From positions 1 to 64,000 of the IMG/VR virus record IMGVR_UViG_3300045923_000041: a stretch of DNA of 64,000 nt. One strand, 5' to 3'. The notes under the pieces were generated by a model. The model was given only the letters and a program-made list of their open reading frames with translations, was not told the origin of the DNA and made no database searches. Source of the stretch: an uncultured virus (IMG/VR IMGVR_UViG_3300045923_000041). Lineage: Duplodnaviria; Heunggongvirae; Uroviricota; Caudoviricetes. This document shows positions 53,577 through 61,867 of the stretch, in pieces. The translations under genes were made by a program, and so were the position numbers. Each line of letters begins with the position of its first letter. Positions within the stretch are counted from its first letter, which is position 1.

Positions 53577-55019
53577 CTAAGGCCCTACAGTGAGGGTGGC
53601 GGAGAGAGTAGAACCTCCCTGCATAGCCGTCTGTCCCGCTGCCTTGATGCTCGCCTCAGCTTCCACGGTCGCCATGGCCGTGTCGATGACCGCACTGACC
53701 GGCAGGGTGAACATGCTGGAACCGGCCACAATCGAGGCGTGCAGGCCGATTGTGTGCGTCATCGTCGCAGACATCGTCGATTCACCGACGAGCTTGAACG
53801 ATAGCACGAGGACGTTCTCGGACGGTACGGACGGGATCGGCGAGAGGTTGTTCGCCGTGATGAAGAGCACGGGCGTGATCGGAACGGTAGATGGGGGCGG
53901 CGGCATGGGTAGCGCTGCCGCAGGGGGTGGCCGGTAGGTCAGGAAGGCCAGATTGTTCAGGAGTGCGACGTAGGTCAGGTTCCAGGTGGAGCCCTGGATG
54001 AGGGCGACCGCCATCCCATCAGTGGCGCCCTGGTAGGTGTCAAGCCTATTGTCCAGGACATTGGTCTGCGCGACGGTCATGCGCGGGAACGGAGCCCAGA
54101 GGCTCGCCCCAGCGGGACCAAGGACGCTCCCAACCGGACTCCCCCGCCCGAAGGTATAGAGCGGGATGGGGTCAATCGGCTGCGGAGGCGTGTACGTGTC
54201 GAAGGCGGTCGTGCAAACGTCCACCTCCTCAACCTGGATGATCGAGTTCGCCGCAGAGGTGTTGAGCGCAGGCGAGAAGAATACGAGCCCGTTGGGGTTG
54301 CCGAAGACGCTGTCCTTGACCTCCCCCGTAAACTCCTGGAACTGCATCAGGATCGGGTTGGGGGTTTCCTGCACCCAGGTGAACGGCACGGTGCTTGGGA
54401 CGATCGGCTGACCATTCACGGAACGGATGGAGGCCGAGATCGTCGCCTGATAGACCCCGTCCGTGTGCATCGGCGTCGAAAGCACAAGGGCGACCGAGAG
54501 GGTGTTGGTCGGCTGCTCGGGCGTGACCGACACAATCGTGAAGGCGTTGCCGAACATGTCCTCGACTTGGTAGTTGAGGGTGTCGTTCAGCGCCGAGTTG
54601 TTGAGCATCGGCTGCGCGAAGACGATGCGAACCTTCGTCGTCGAGACCGCAACAGGCGTCATGGTCGCCGGGATGGCGTTGCCCATGAACGTGACGGTGT
54701 TGAGCGAAGGGTCGAGCGGCTGGTTGAAGTAGCCGCGCGACAGAGCAATCGTGCACGTGTACAGAACGTTGGATTGCTGCGTCGTTTCGAGACGGACGGC
54801 GGCCGCCGTGTACTCGTAGACGTTGAGGACTGTCAGCCCCGGGATCGAGAAGTTGGCGGGGGTGAGGTTCGGACCGTACGTGAAGTCGAGCAGGTCGTTG
54901 AAGGTGATCTCGGCCGAGAAGTCCGAGAGGGACTGCGCAGAGATCGCCCCAAAGGGGCCCAGGGCACCACCGTAAGGTGAGCCGCTGAAGAGGTCGCTGC
55001 CGTAGTTGCCCTGAGCCAT
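53577..55019 (-). CDS. virion protein with Ig-like domains
   Basis: ITFND.LD...ANFSI and VRIVFAQPM...NYQV Ig-like patterns. Confidence 0.6.
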   Translation of the reverse strand: MAQGNYGSDLFSGSPYGGALGPFGAISAQSLSDFSAEITFNDLLDFTYGPNLTPANFSIPGLTVLNVYEYTAAAVRLETTQQSNVLYTCTIALSRGYFNQPLDPSLNTVTFMGNAIPATMTPVAVSTTKVRIVFAQPMLNNSALNDTLNYQVEDMFGNAFTIVSVTPEQPTNTLSVALVLSTPMHTDGVYQATISASIRSVNGQPIVPSTVPFTWVQETPNPILMQFQEFTGEVKDSVFGNPNGLVFFSPALNTSAANSIIQVEEVDVCTTAFDTYTPPQPIDPIPLYTFGRGSPVGSVLGPAGASLWAPFPRMTVAQTNVLDNRLDTYQGATDGMAVALIQGSTWNLTYVALLNNLAFLTYRPPPAAALPMPPPPSTVPITPVLFITANNLSPIPSVPSENVLVLSFKLVGESTMSATMTHTIGLHASIVAGSSMFTLPVSAVIDTAMATVEAEASIKAAGQTAMQGGSTLSATLTVGP

Positions 55020-55028
55020 GCCTGCCCT

Positions 55029-58000
55029 TTAGGAGTCGATGAAGACGCTAACGCTGCCCTGCGTTGGGTCGCGCACGAGCCGGTACGAGTGGTAGTTGCC
55101 GTCGAGGAAGTCGAAGCGCCGGCCGCCCACGATCTTGTTCGTCTTCTGGTCGAAGACAAGGACGTAGCGCTCGCCGATGGGGCTCGTGATGAACCCAAGC
55201 GAGATGGTCATGCCAGGAGCGCTCATACCGAAGCGCACCTGCGAGTCCCCAAGGCCCAGGCTCGCGTCGCTCAAGAGCTTGAGCCGGTACGTGACCTGCG
55301 TCACAAGACCCACGGCGTCGGGAAGCGGCGTCGGGTTGCTGTAGGCCGTGATCGTTCCCGTGCTGTCCGTACCGTACGTCAGGACGTTGTTGAAGACAGA
55401 GCGGCTGACGTGCGTGGGGTCCTGCGCGTAGTAGGTCCAGGGGGTGATCGCGGTGGTGTCCGACTCTGGCAGCGTGTTCGCATCGTACGTGAGGCACTCG
55501 GTCTTCTGGTAGTAGATCGTGCCCAGGTCGTGCAGCCAGTCGTCGAAGTCCGCGATGAGGTTCGGCACGCCCGTGTCCCTCTCGATGACCGAGAGCGAGT
55601 TGTACAGTACCTCGTCCGGAACAACGAGCTTGGTCTCGTACGCCGCGTCGTTCAAGACGAAGGACTGCGTGTTCAAGACGTCCGCGATGTTGTTGAGCGA
55701 TGCAACCGGAACGTTGACGACCGTGGGGGTGTTGACCTCGAACGTCTGCGTGCTCGGGACAAGCGGCGTGCCCTCGTTGAGAAGCGTGTACGCCACGAGG
55801 TCCGGGTTCGTGAGGAAGTCCGGGTACAGCTCTGGTGGGATGCCCTCCGATTCGCTCCAGAAATCCGTCAAGGTGTGCGGAAGCGTTGTCAGGTGACGCT
55901 CGTAGCTCGCCATGACATTGCGCTGGTTGAGCACCTGGTGGGGCGGCACGATCCGAAGGGAGGTCGGCGCCCGCGTGATGCCGTAGCGCACGAAGCTCCA
56001 CACCGTCTGCGAGATGTTGGTCGGATCGAAGGCGCCCCATGCGATGCCAGGGAGCGCGTTGTTGATGATCCGCAGGACGCCCACGGTGCTCGGCGGCAGG
56101 TCAACGTCGTTGTAGCCGATGTAGATGATCGGCTGCGCGTTTGTGCTGTCGAGAAGAACGGACACTCCGCCGCCCGGGTCACGCACGATGCGGTAGCGGT
56201 GTGCGGTCTGCCAGTTGGTCTGCGCAGGGATGCGGTAGCCCACCACGGAGGGGCCCGCGGGGAAAGACGTGGAGATCGTGAGCGATGTCGAGAGCACGCC
56301 CGTGATCGTGTAGGTACCCTTGTTGGGTCCCACGTCGATGACGAGGTAGTCCCCGATCGAGACTCCCGCTGCAACGAAGTTCGCAGCTCCATCCCCGAGC
56401 GCGTTGTTGGCGATGGCCGCCTCGGTCCCGCTAGTCTTGAGCGGCAGGTGGTACCCCGTCAGAGCGTTCGGATCGTAGCCCCGCCAGATACCCACGTAGG
56501 TCTGGAACGAGGACAACACACGCCACGCATTGCAGTAGCTCCAATCGACAACGGACAGTGCCCCGTTCGTCGCCGGCGTCGAAGAGCCGAAGGTGACAAC
56601 GCCCGTCTGTGTACCGCCAGGCACGTGGAACGAAGAGTATGGCTCGGTACCGATAAAGACCGAGTCGATGAAGAGCGAGACGAGGTTACCTCCCGTGCTC
56701 TTGACGATGCGGTACGTGTGGGCTTGCCCGTCATCCCAGTTGAACGGGAAGCTGACGAGAGCTGTACCGTCCGAGTGGAGCGTCACGTTCAGGACGCCAC
56801 TGAGCTTCGTGAACATCACGCCGACGCTTCTCGCGCCGTCGTAGACCTCCGCATCGACGCCGCAGAAGTGAGTCGTGGTATCGGCAGTGTACGAGTGCAC
56901 AAGCACCCGGAACTCCAGCATGTAGTCGTAGTTCGGGGACACGACACGAACCGGCGTGCTCGTGGCGTCCAGGATCGGGGCGTTGTCGTCGATGTAGTAA
57001 ACGAGGCCGTCCGTCACGCTCGTGTCCGTGATGCGCAAGATGCGGCCGACCATGTGCGCGGTCTGCCCGCCCGTAGCCGTCCACGTGTACGGCGTAAACT
57101 CGTCTGGCGTCGCGCGGCCGCCGTAGCTCAGCTTCGGAGCAGCCGTATCCGAGAGGAAGCAAAGTTGCGTCAGACGGTCGCCGTCATCGACTGCGGCCAT
57201 GACCGCGTTCGGCGTGATACCGTGCGTGAAGGTGCGGAGCTGCACGTTCACATCGAGGACAACGTCAGAGGAAGCGGCAAGTAGCGGCTCGATGCGGTCG
57301 AAGCCCTTGAAGTCTCCGCCCACGAGGCCGAGAGCCGATTCCGAGGCTTGGGTCGTTGCGCTCGTCGAGTCGAGCAAGAGGGGGTACTTGTTGTTGAGGA
57401 TCGTCTCCGTGCCACCCGAGCCGATCGGCGTCCACGGCTGCGAAGCTTGCTCAGGGACGGTGTTCGCTTCGTAGTTGACGAAGATCGACGGCGCTGTCTG
57501 TTGGGGGTTGGTCGGAAGGATGTCGTAGAGCACGAACTCCCAATCCGATGTGTTCGCCGACTCACGCGAGAGCGAACCCCAGAAGGCCCCCTCGACCTCG
57601 TTGAACGGAGCCGACAGCTCTTCGAGGAACGGCGCCTGTGTTTCGAGGATCTGCAAAGTCGGCGTGACGTTGCCGTCGATATAGAGGCCCACGGTTCCGG
57701 TCAAGCTGCGGAAGATGCGATAGCTGTGGACGACCGTCCAATCGAAAGCGACAGGTGCGCCCGTGGGGTTGCCTCCCGAGTCGAGACCGCCAGACCACGA
57801 GGCGATGACCGAGGGGTCGTTGCCGCCACCTTGGACAAGGAACCCGATCATCATCGAGCCGCCGTTGTTCAGGTAGCCTACGACGATGGCATGCTCTTCG
57901 TCCGAGTACCCCGCTGCGATGCCCGTGAAGACTCCTTCGGTCGTGGGCGCCGCTGTGATGTACATGCGCCACGCTTGCGCGTAGACGTGCTGGAAGGTCA

Positions 58001-59198
58001 GATCGATAGGACGGCTCCAGTAGAGGAGCTGCCCGGTCGGATAAGGCCCAGGAGTCGTCGTCTGCACCTTCAAGGTGCCTGGCGTGAGTGTGGTGATGCC
58101 CGTGCCGATGCGCTGCCACGGAGAGACGGGGTCGTTCTCCGGCAGAGTCGCTGCCTCGTACGAGACGAACGTCGAGCTGAGCGGCCTTGATAGCGGCGGG
58201 AACGCGATGCGATGGTTGGGCGTGTTGAGCGTGAGAAGGTTCGGGTCGTTGAGCACGGGCGTGTATGCCCGCTCGTAGGCCCGGTACTTGAGGTCCCTCT
58301 GGAGCGGTTGTGCCAGCGTCGCTTGGATGTCGAGCGGCGTGTACAAGCTCGGCGTGAGCAGGACGTTGTTGTAGCGATAGTGGTGTGAGATTTCCGTGGG
58401 GTAGCCGACGTCACGGTTCCACGAGTTGAGCCTGAACTCGAAGCTGTTCAAGGCCATGAGTTCGACGGTCGGGTTTTGGATCCACGAGTAGTTGACCTTG
58501 ACGTCATCCCCCGGGTCCGGAGCCGAAGGGAGCACGATCTGCCCAAGCAGCCCGAACACCTCGGTCGGGGTCACGGGGGTGCCGTTGACCGTGACCATGA
58601 CATCTGTGGGGTCTTCGGCAATCTGGCCGTCACGTGGGTCGAAGATCTCCCACAGGATACTGCCGTTGGCGTTGTCCGGAAGCCGCAGGTTCGCTGCCAC
58701 ACGGATCGAGGTGGACGAGAGCACCGCCGTGATGAGGTAGGTCCCCGCGTTGACCGTAGTCCCGAGCCCAAGCAGGCCACCGGCCATCGAGGATCCGCCC
58801 CCAAGGCTTGCTTGCAGGGTGTGGTGCACCTTGGCTTGGGACGCCATGCTGGAGCTGGCGGTGATCGAAGAGTCCGAGCTGCCCGGCAGGAAGAGCGAAT
58901 GGCCGGTGATGTGCGCCGCGGTGTTGTGGGCAACTGTCAGCGAGGCACTCAGGTTCGAGTTCGCGTTGAGGTTGGCGTTGGCCAGCGAAACGCCAAGGTC
59001 CGCCCCAAGCGTGATGTACAAGCCCACCATCGACGTGGTGATGAGGCCCCCGGGCAGGACCAGAGTCACCGCATCGAGGATGCGTCCCCCTGCACCGGCC
59101 GCAAGAACGAGCGGCGGCTTCGCAATCGGACCGTAGTCGGTGAAGACCGAGTTCTGGACCGTAGGCGAGGTGGAGGTGAAGATCGCTTGGGTGGTCAT
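55029..59198 (-). CDS. large virion protein with repeated beta-sandwich (LamG-like) domains, 1389 aa
   Basis: Repeats Y(E/D)AxTLPE...PW...F.W....H.YR(I/L)V(R/K).....VSL(Y/F)ID. Confidence 0.7.
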   Translation of the reverse strand: MTTQAIFTSTSPTVQNSVFTDYGPIAKPPLVLAAGAGGRILDAVTLVLPGGLITTSMVGLYITLGADLGVSLANANLNANSNLSASLTVAHNTAAHITGHSLFLPGSSDSSITASSSMASQAKVHHTLQASLGGGSSMAGGLLGLGTTVNAGTYLITAVLSSTSIRVAANLRLPDNANGSILWEIFDPRDGQIAEDPTDVMVTVNGTPVTPTEVFGLLGQIVLPSAPDPGDDVKVNYSWIQNPTVELMALNSFEFRLNSWNRDVGYPTEISHHYRYNNVLLTPSLYTPLDIQATLAQPLQRDLKYRAYERAYTPVLNDPNLLTLNTPNHRIAFPPLSRPLSSTFVSYEAATLPENDPVSPWQRIGTGITTLTPGTLKVQTTTPGPYPTGQLLYWSRPIDLTFQHVYAQAWRMYITAAPTTEGVFTGIAAGYSDEEHAIVVGYLNNGGSMMIGFLVQGGGNDPSVIASWSGGLDSGGNPTGAPVAFDWTVVHSYRIFRSLTGTVGLYIDGNVTPTLQILETQAPFLEELSAPFNEVEGAFWGSLSRESANTSDWEFVLYDILPTNPQQTAPSIFVNYEANTVPEQASQPWTPIGSGGTETILNNKYPLLLDSTSATTQASESALGLVGGDFKGFDRIEPLLAASSDVVLDVNVQLRTFTHGITPNAVMAAVDDGDRLTQLCFLSDTAAPKLSYGGRATPDEFTPYTWTATGGQTAHMVGRILRITDTSVTDGLVYYIDDNAPILDATSTPVRVVSPNYDYMLEFRVLVHSYTADTTTHFCGVDAEVYDGARSVGVMFTKLSGVLNVTLHSDGTALVSFPFNWDDGQAHTYRIVKSTGGNLVSLFIDSVFIGTEPYSSFHVPGGTQTGVVTFGSSTPATNGALSVVDWSYCNAWRVLSSFQTYVGIWRGYDPNALTGYHLPLKTSGTEAAIANNALGDGAANFVAAGVSIGDYLVIDVGPNKGTYTITGVLSTSLTISTSFPAGPSVVGYRIPAQTNWQTAHRYRIVRDPGGGVSVLLDSTNAQPIIYIGYNDVDLPPSTVGVLRIINNALPGIAWGAFDPTNISQTVWSFVRYGITRAPTSLRIVPPHQVLNQRNVMASYERHLTTLPHTLTDFWSESEGIPPELYPDFLTNPDLVAYTLLNEGTPLVPSTQTFEVNTPTVVNVPVASLNNIADVLNTQSFVLNDAAYETKLVVPDEVLYNSLSVIERDTGVPNLIADFDDWLHDLGTIYYQKTECLTYDANTLPESDTTAITPWTYYAQDPTHVSRSVFNNVLTYGTDSTGTITAYSNPTPLPDAVGLVTQVTYRLKLLSDASLGLGDSQVRFGMSAPGMTISLGFITSPIGERYVLVFDQKTNKIVGGRRFDFLDGNYHSYRLVRDPTQGSVSVFIDS

Positions 59199-61330
59199 TC
59201 AGGCACGTAGTTCAGCGAGGTGTCTTTCGGGCCGATGCGAATGAGTGCGTGCTCTGTACCTGGCCCATAGATAACTTGAATGGTCAGGACGTAGGTCCCA
59301 GCCGTAAATCCACGTGCGGACAGGAGAACTTGCGTCTGGGTCACTGTCTGCACCCCGGTGACCGTGACCGGCGTCGGCCCCGTAATCACGTAGATGGCCG
59401 GATCGAGCAGCCCGGCGTCGATTGTGAGCCCCTTCGAGAAGGTCACGAGCACGGCCCCCTCGTTCGGGAGGTAGGTGGCCGATTGGAGCAGCGGACCCAC
59501 GGCGTTCGCTACCCAGTTGGTCGTCTGGCTGTACGGAGCCCCATCCGCCTGGATCAGCCCTGAGATCTGGAGCTGGTAGAGGTCGTTGTTCGTCGGCTCG
59601 GCGATCGTGAGGAGGATGATGTTCACCGGGGTGAGGTGCTGCCAGGTGATGCTCCCGTTATCGGGGTCCGCCACGATGAGTGGTGTGTCCAGCTCTACAA
59701 CCCCAGGACTTGGGAGTCCGACCACCAAAGCGATCGTGTTCTGCCAAGAGGTGGAGATGAGGATGTAGTTCCAAAGCTCGACCGGCTCGGAACCCACAGC
59801 GAAGAGGTACGACACTTCCCCGGATCCGAGGATCGCACCGTTGTGAAAGGTGCCGAGAAGCGTCTGGACGGGTGTGGCGCTCAAGACCATCGTCGGGACG
59901 CCACCGCCAGAGAGCTGGTAGTGCACCGGATCGGACACTCTATCGAGGCGCACACCCTCCCTGAACTGGACAAGGAGTTGCTGGTCCTGCGAGATGACTC
60001 CAGAAACGGAGACCTCTACCTCGTCGATGAGGGCGATCTCTTCATTGACGGACACGCTCGTGGCCGAGGTTCCGATGGTTACGGCATCGGAGACGTTCAA
60101 CACCTCGGGCGCGAAGTGGATGTTGTCGGAGTTGCCCGCGCGTGCCGCATCCGACAACGTTACGGTGTCCGCAACGGCTCGCCGGGTGCCCGCAGAAAAA
60201 ACGCCGTTCTCCGAAAGAAACACCGTCTCCGAGAGGTTGTTCGTGAAGTTGTTGTTGAAGGACAGGGCGTCCGAAACAGACACGGTATCGGACAGTGCGA
60301 CCAGATGCCCGTATCTGGGGCTCGCCGAATCGGAAACACCCACCGTGTCTGATAGGGACGCTTGGGTTGCGTGGTGGGTGCTGACGGCATCTGACAAGGA
60401 AGCCGTGTCCGCGAGCGCTTGGTGAAACGCAACAGTGAAGGCCAGAGCATCGGACGCAGAGACGGTATCCGAGAGGGTGATACCACCGCCACCTCCGGCG
60501 TGCAGGGTGATGGAGATCTGGTCCGTGACCGCTACAGTCTCCGAGACAAACGGTCGTGCGCGGTACGCACGCGTGAGCGAATCCGAGACCGACACGCTGT
60601 CCGTGACAGTGTTGAAGTACGCGTGGTACTCCGAGACCGAGTCGCTCGCTGTGACAGTGTCGGAAACGGCAACCGAGGTTCTGTGCAAAAGGGACGTGGA
60701 GTCCGAGACAGAGACGCTATCCGAGACCGTTGGATGTGTGTGGTGCTGAAGACCTACTGCATCTGTGACCGTCACCGTTTCCGAGACCGGCGCGTGCCCC
60801 ACCTGATGCAAGGTGGTGATCGAGTCCGAGACGCTGACCGTGTCAGAGCCCGTGACGTACGCCGAGTAGAGGATGAAGAGCGAGTCCGAGACCGACACAC
60901 TGTCCGACACACCCACGACGTTCGAGGAGGTCGTCGTGAACGTCGAATTGAAGGTCTGCGAGTTGCCGGCCAAGTCCGTGACAGAGATGGCCACCGCATT
61001 CGAGCCGCTCGCCCAATTCGGGTGCGTGTCGATCGTGACCGTGCAGGTCGTATCGCTGAAGATGATCGAGCTTCCGTACGTGGGCAGAAAGTCCCCGCCA
61101 GCGATGATCGGGTTGCCCCCTATGTTCACGGACAGCGACCACGGGTCCAAGTGCGACGGAGAGCTAACCTGGAACGACACCGTGGCCGAGTCGGAAACTC
61201 CCGTGGCACCGTTGGCTGGACTCAGGTTGGCGATCGAAGGTGTGGTCGCATCGAACGCACGGCTAGCGTACGGCGCAGTGCCGTAAGTATCGAGCCCGTA
61301 CGTTCCTCCCCAGACGACCGTGTTGGGCAT
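59195..61330 (-). CDS. virion protein with Ig-like ends and (V/L)SDTVxVSD repeat stalk
   Basis: SPANGATGV Ig-like start; central tandem repeats of about 21 aa. Confidence 0.7.
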   Translation of the reverse strand: MPNTVVWGGTYGLDTYGTAPYASRAFDATTPSIANLSPANGATGVSDSATVSFQVSSPSHLDPWSLSVNIGGNPIIAGGDFLPTYGSSIIFSDTTCTVTIDTHPNWASGSNAVAISVTDLAGNSQTFNSTFTTTSSNVVGVSDSVSVSDSLFILYSAYVTGSDTVSVSDSITTLHQVGHAPVSETVTVTDAVGLQHHTHPTVSDSVSVSDSTSLLHRTSVAVSDTVTASDSVSEYHAYFNTVTDSVSVSDSLTRAYRARPFVSETVAVTDQISITLHAGGGGGITLSDTVSASDALAFTVAFHQALADTASLSDAVSTHHATQASLSDTVGVSDSASPRYGHLVALSDTVSVSDALSFNNNFTNNLSETVFLSENGVFSAGTRRAVADTVTLSDAARAGNSDNIHFAPEVLNVSDAVTIGTSATSVSVNEEIALIDEVEVSVSGVISQDQQLLVQFREGVRLDRVSDPVHYQLSGGGVPTMVLSATPVQTLLGTFHNGAILGSGEVSYLFAVGSEPVELWNYILISTSWQNTIALVVGLPSPGVVELDTPLIVADPDNGSITWQHLTPVNIILLTIAEPTNNDLYQLQISGLIQADGAPYSQTTNWVANAVGPLLQSATYLPNEGAVLVTFSKGLTIDAGLLDPAIYVITGPTPVTVTGVQTVTQTQVLLSARGFTAGTYVLTIQVIYGPGTEHALIRIGPKDTSLNYVPE
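59990..60920 (-). repeat. degenerate coding tandem repeat ((V/L)S(D/E)(T/S)VxVSD)
   Basis: More than a dozen imperfect copies in the protein; recurring GAGTCCGAGAC/GTCCG at DNA level; boundaries approximate. Confidence 0.75.
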
Positions 61331-61333
61331 TCG

Positions 61334-61861
61334 TCACCAGGTCGCATCGACAACGATGTCCACGAGAGCGTGAACACCACACCTGGAGCCGGCGTACTGA
61401 GCGGCGGTTGGGTCTGGAGCGCCAGTCACGACCCAATAGACGTAGGTGGGCTGACTCACGCAGTCCGGGTCACGAGCCCGCATGAGGTAGTAAATGGTGA
61501 CGCTCGAACCGCCCGTTGGGATGGGCAGCGTTCCAGCGTCCGCCTGTGTTCCGCCCGAGCCTAGCTGGCCGCCGAAGAGGGAGGTCGAGTGTCCCACACG
61601 ATGCAAGCTGGAGTCTTGCTTCGCCCCCAATTCAGCGTAGTGCTGACCAGTTCCGGCATAGGTTGAAGTCGTTCCAGAGCCAGCGGGAGTGGTGGCGCTG
61701 TTCAAGCTTGTGGTCTTAGCGATGCGGCCCTGCGCATCGGGGATGCTGCCCGCCTTGTAGTAAGCGTTCCCGCGCGATCCTGTAGGGTATCCGGTCTGTC
61801 CCGCTGGCGAGTTGCCAAGATTCTGGACCATCCGAGATTGTGACTTGCCGATGTCCGCCAT
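61334..61861 (-). CDS. hypothetical virion-associated protein
   Basis: G/S/T-rich; GAGGGG SD; lies in the structural operon. Confidence 0.6.
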   Translation of the reverse strand: MADIGKSQSRMVQNLGNSPAGQTGYPTGSRGNAYYKAGSIPDAQGRIAKTTSLNSATTPAGSGTTSTYAGTGQHYAELGAKQDSSLHRVGHSTSLFGGQLGSGGTQADAGTLPIPTGGSSVTIYYLMRARDPDCVSQPTYVYWVVTGAPDPTAAQYAGSRCGVHALVDIVVDATW

Positions 61862-61867
61862 GGCCCC

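Noticed and set aside
59990..60920. Regularly spaced DNA repeats resembling a CRISPR array
   Set aside because: The repeats are degenerate, in frame and explained by protein repeats; no cas genes seen
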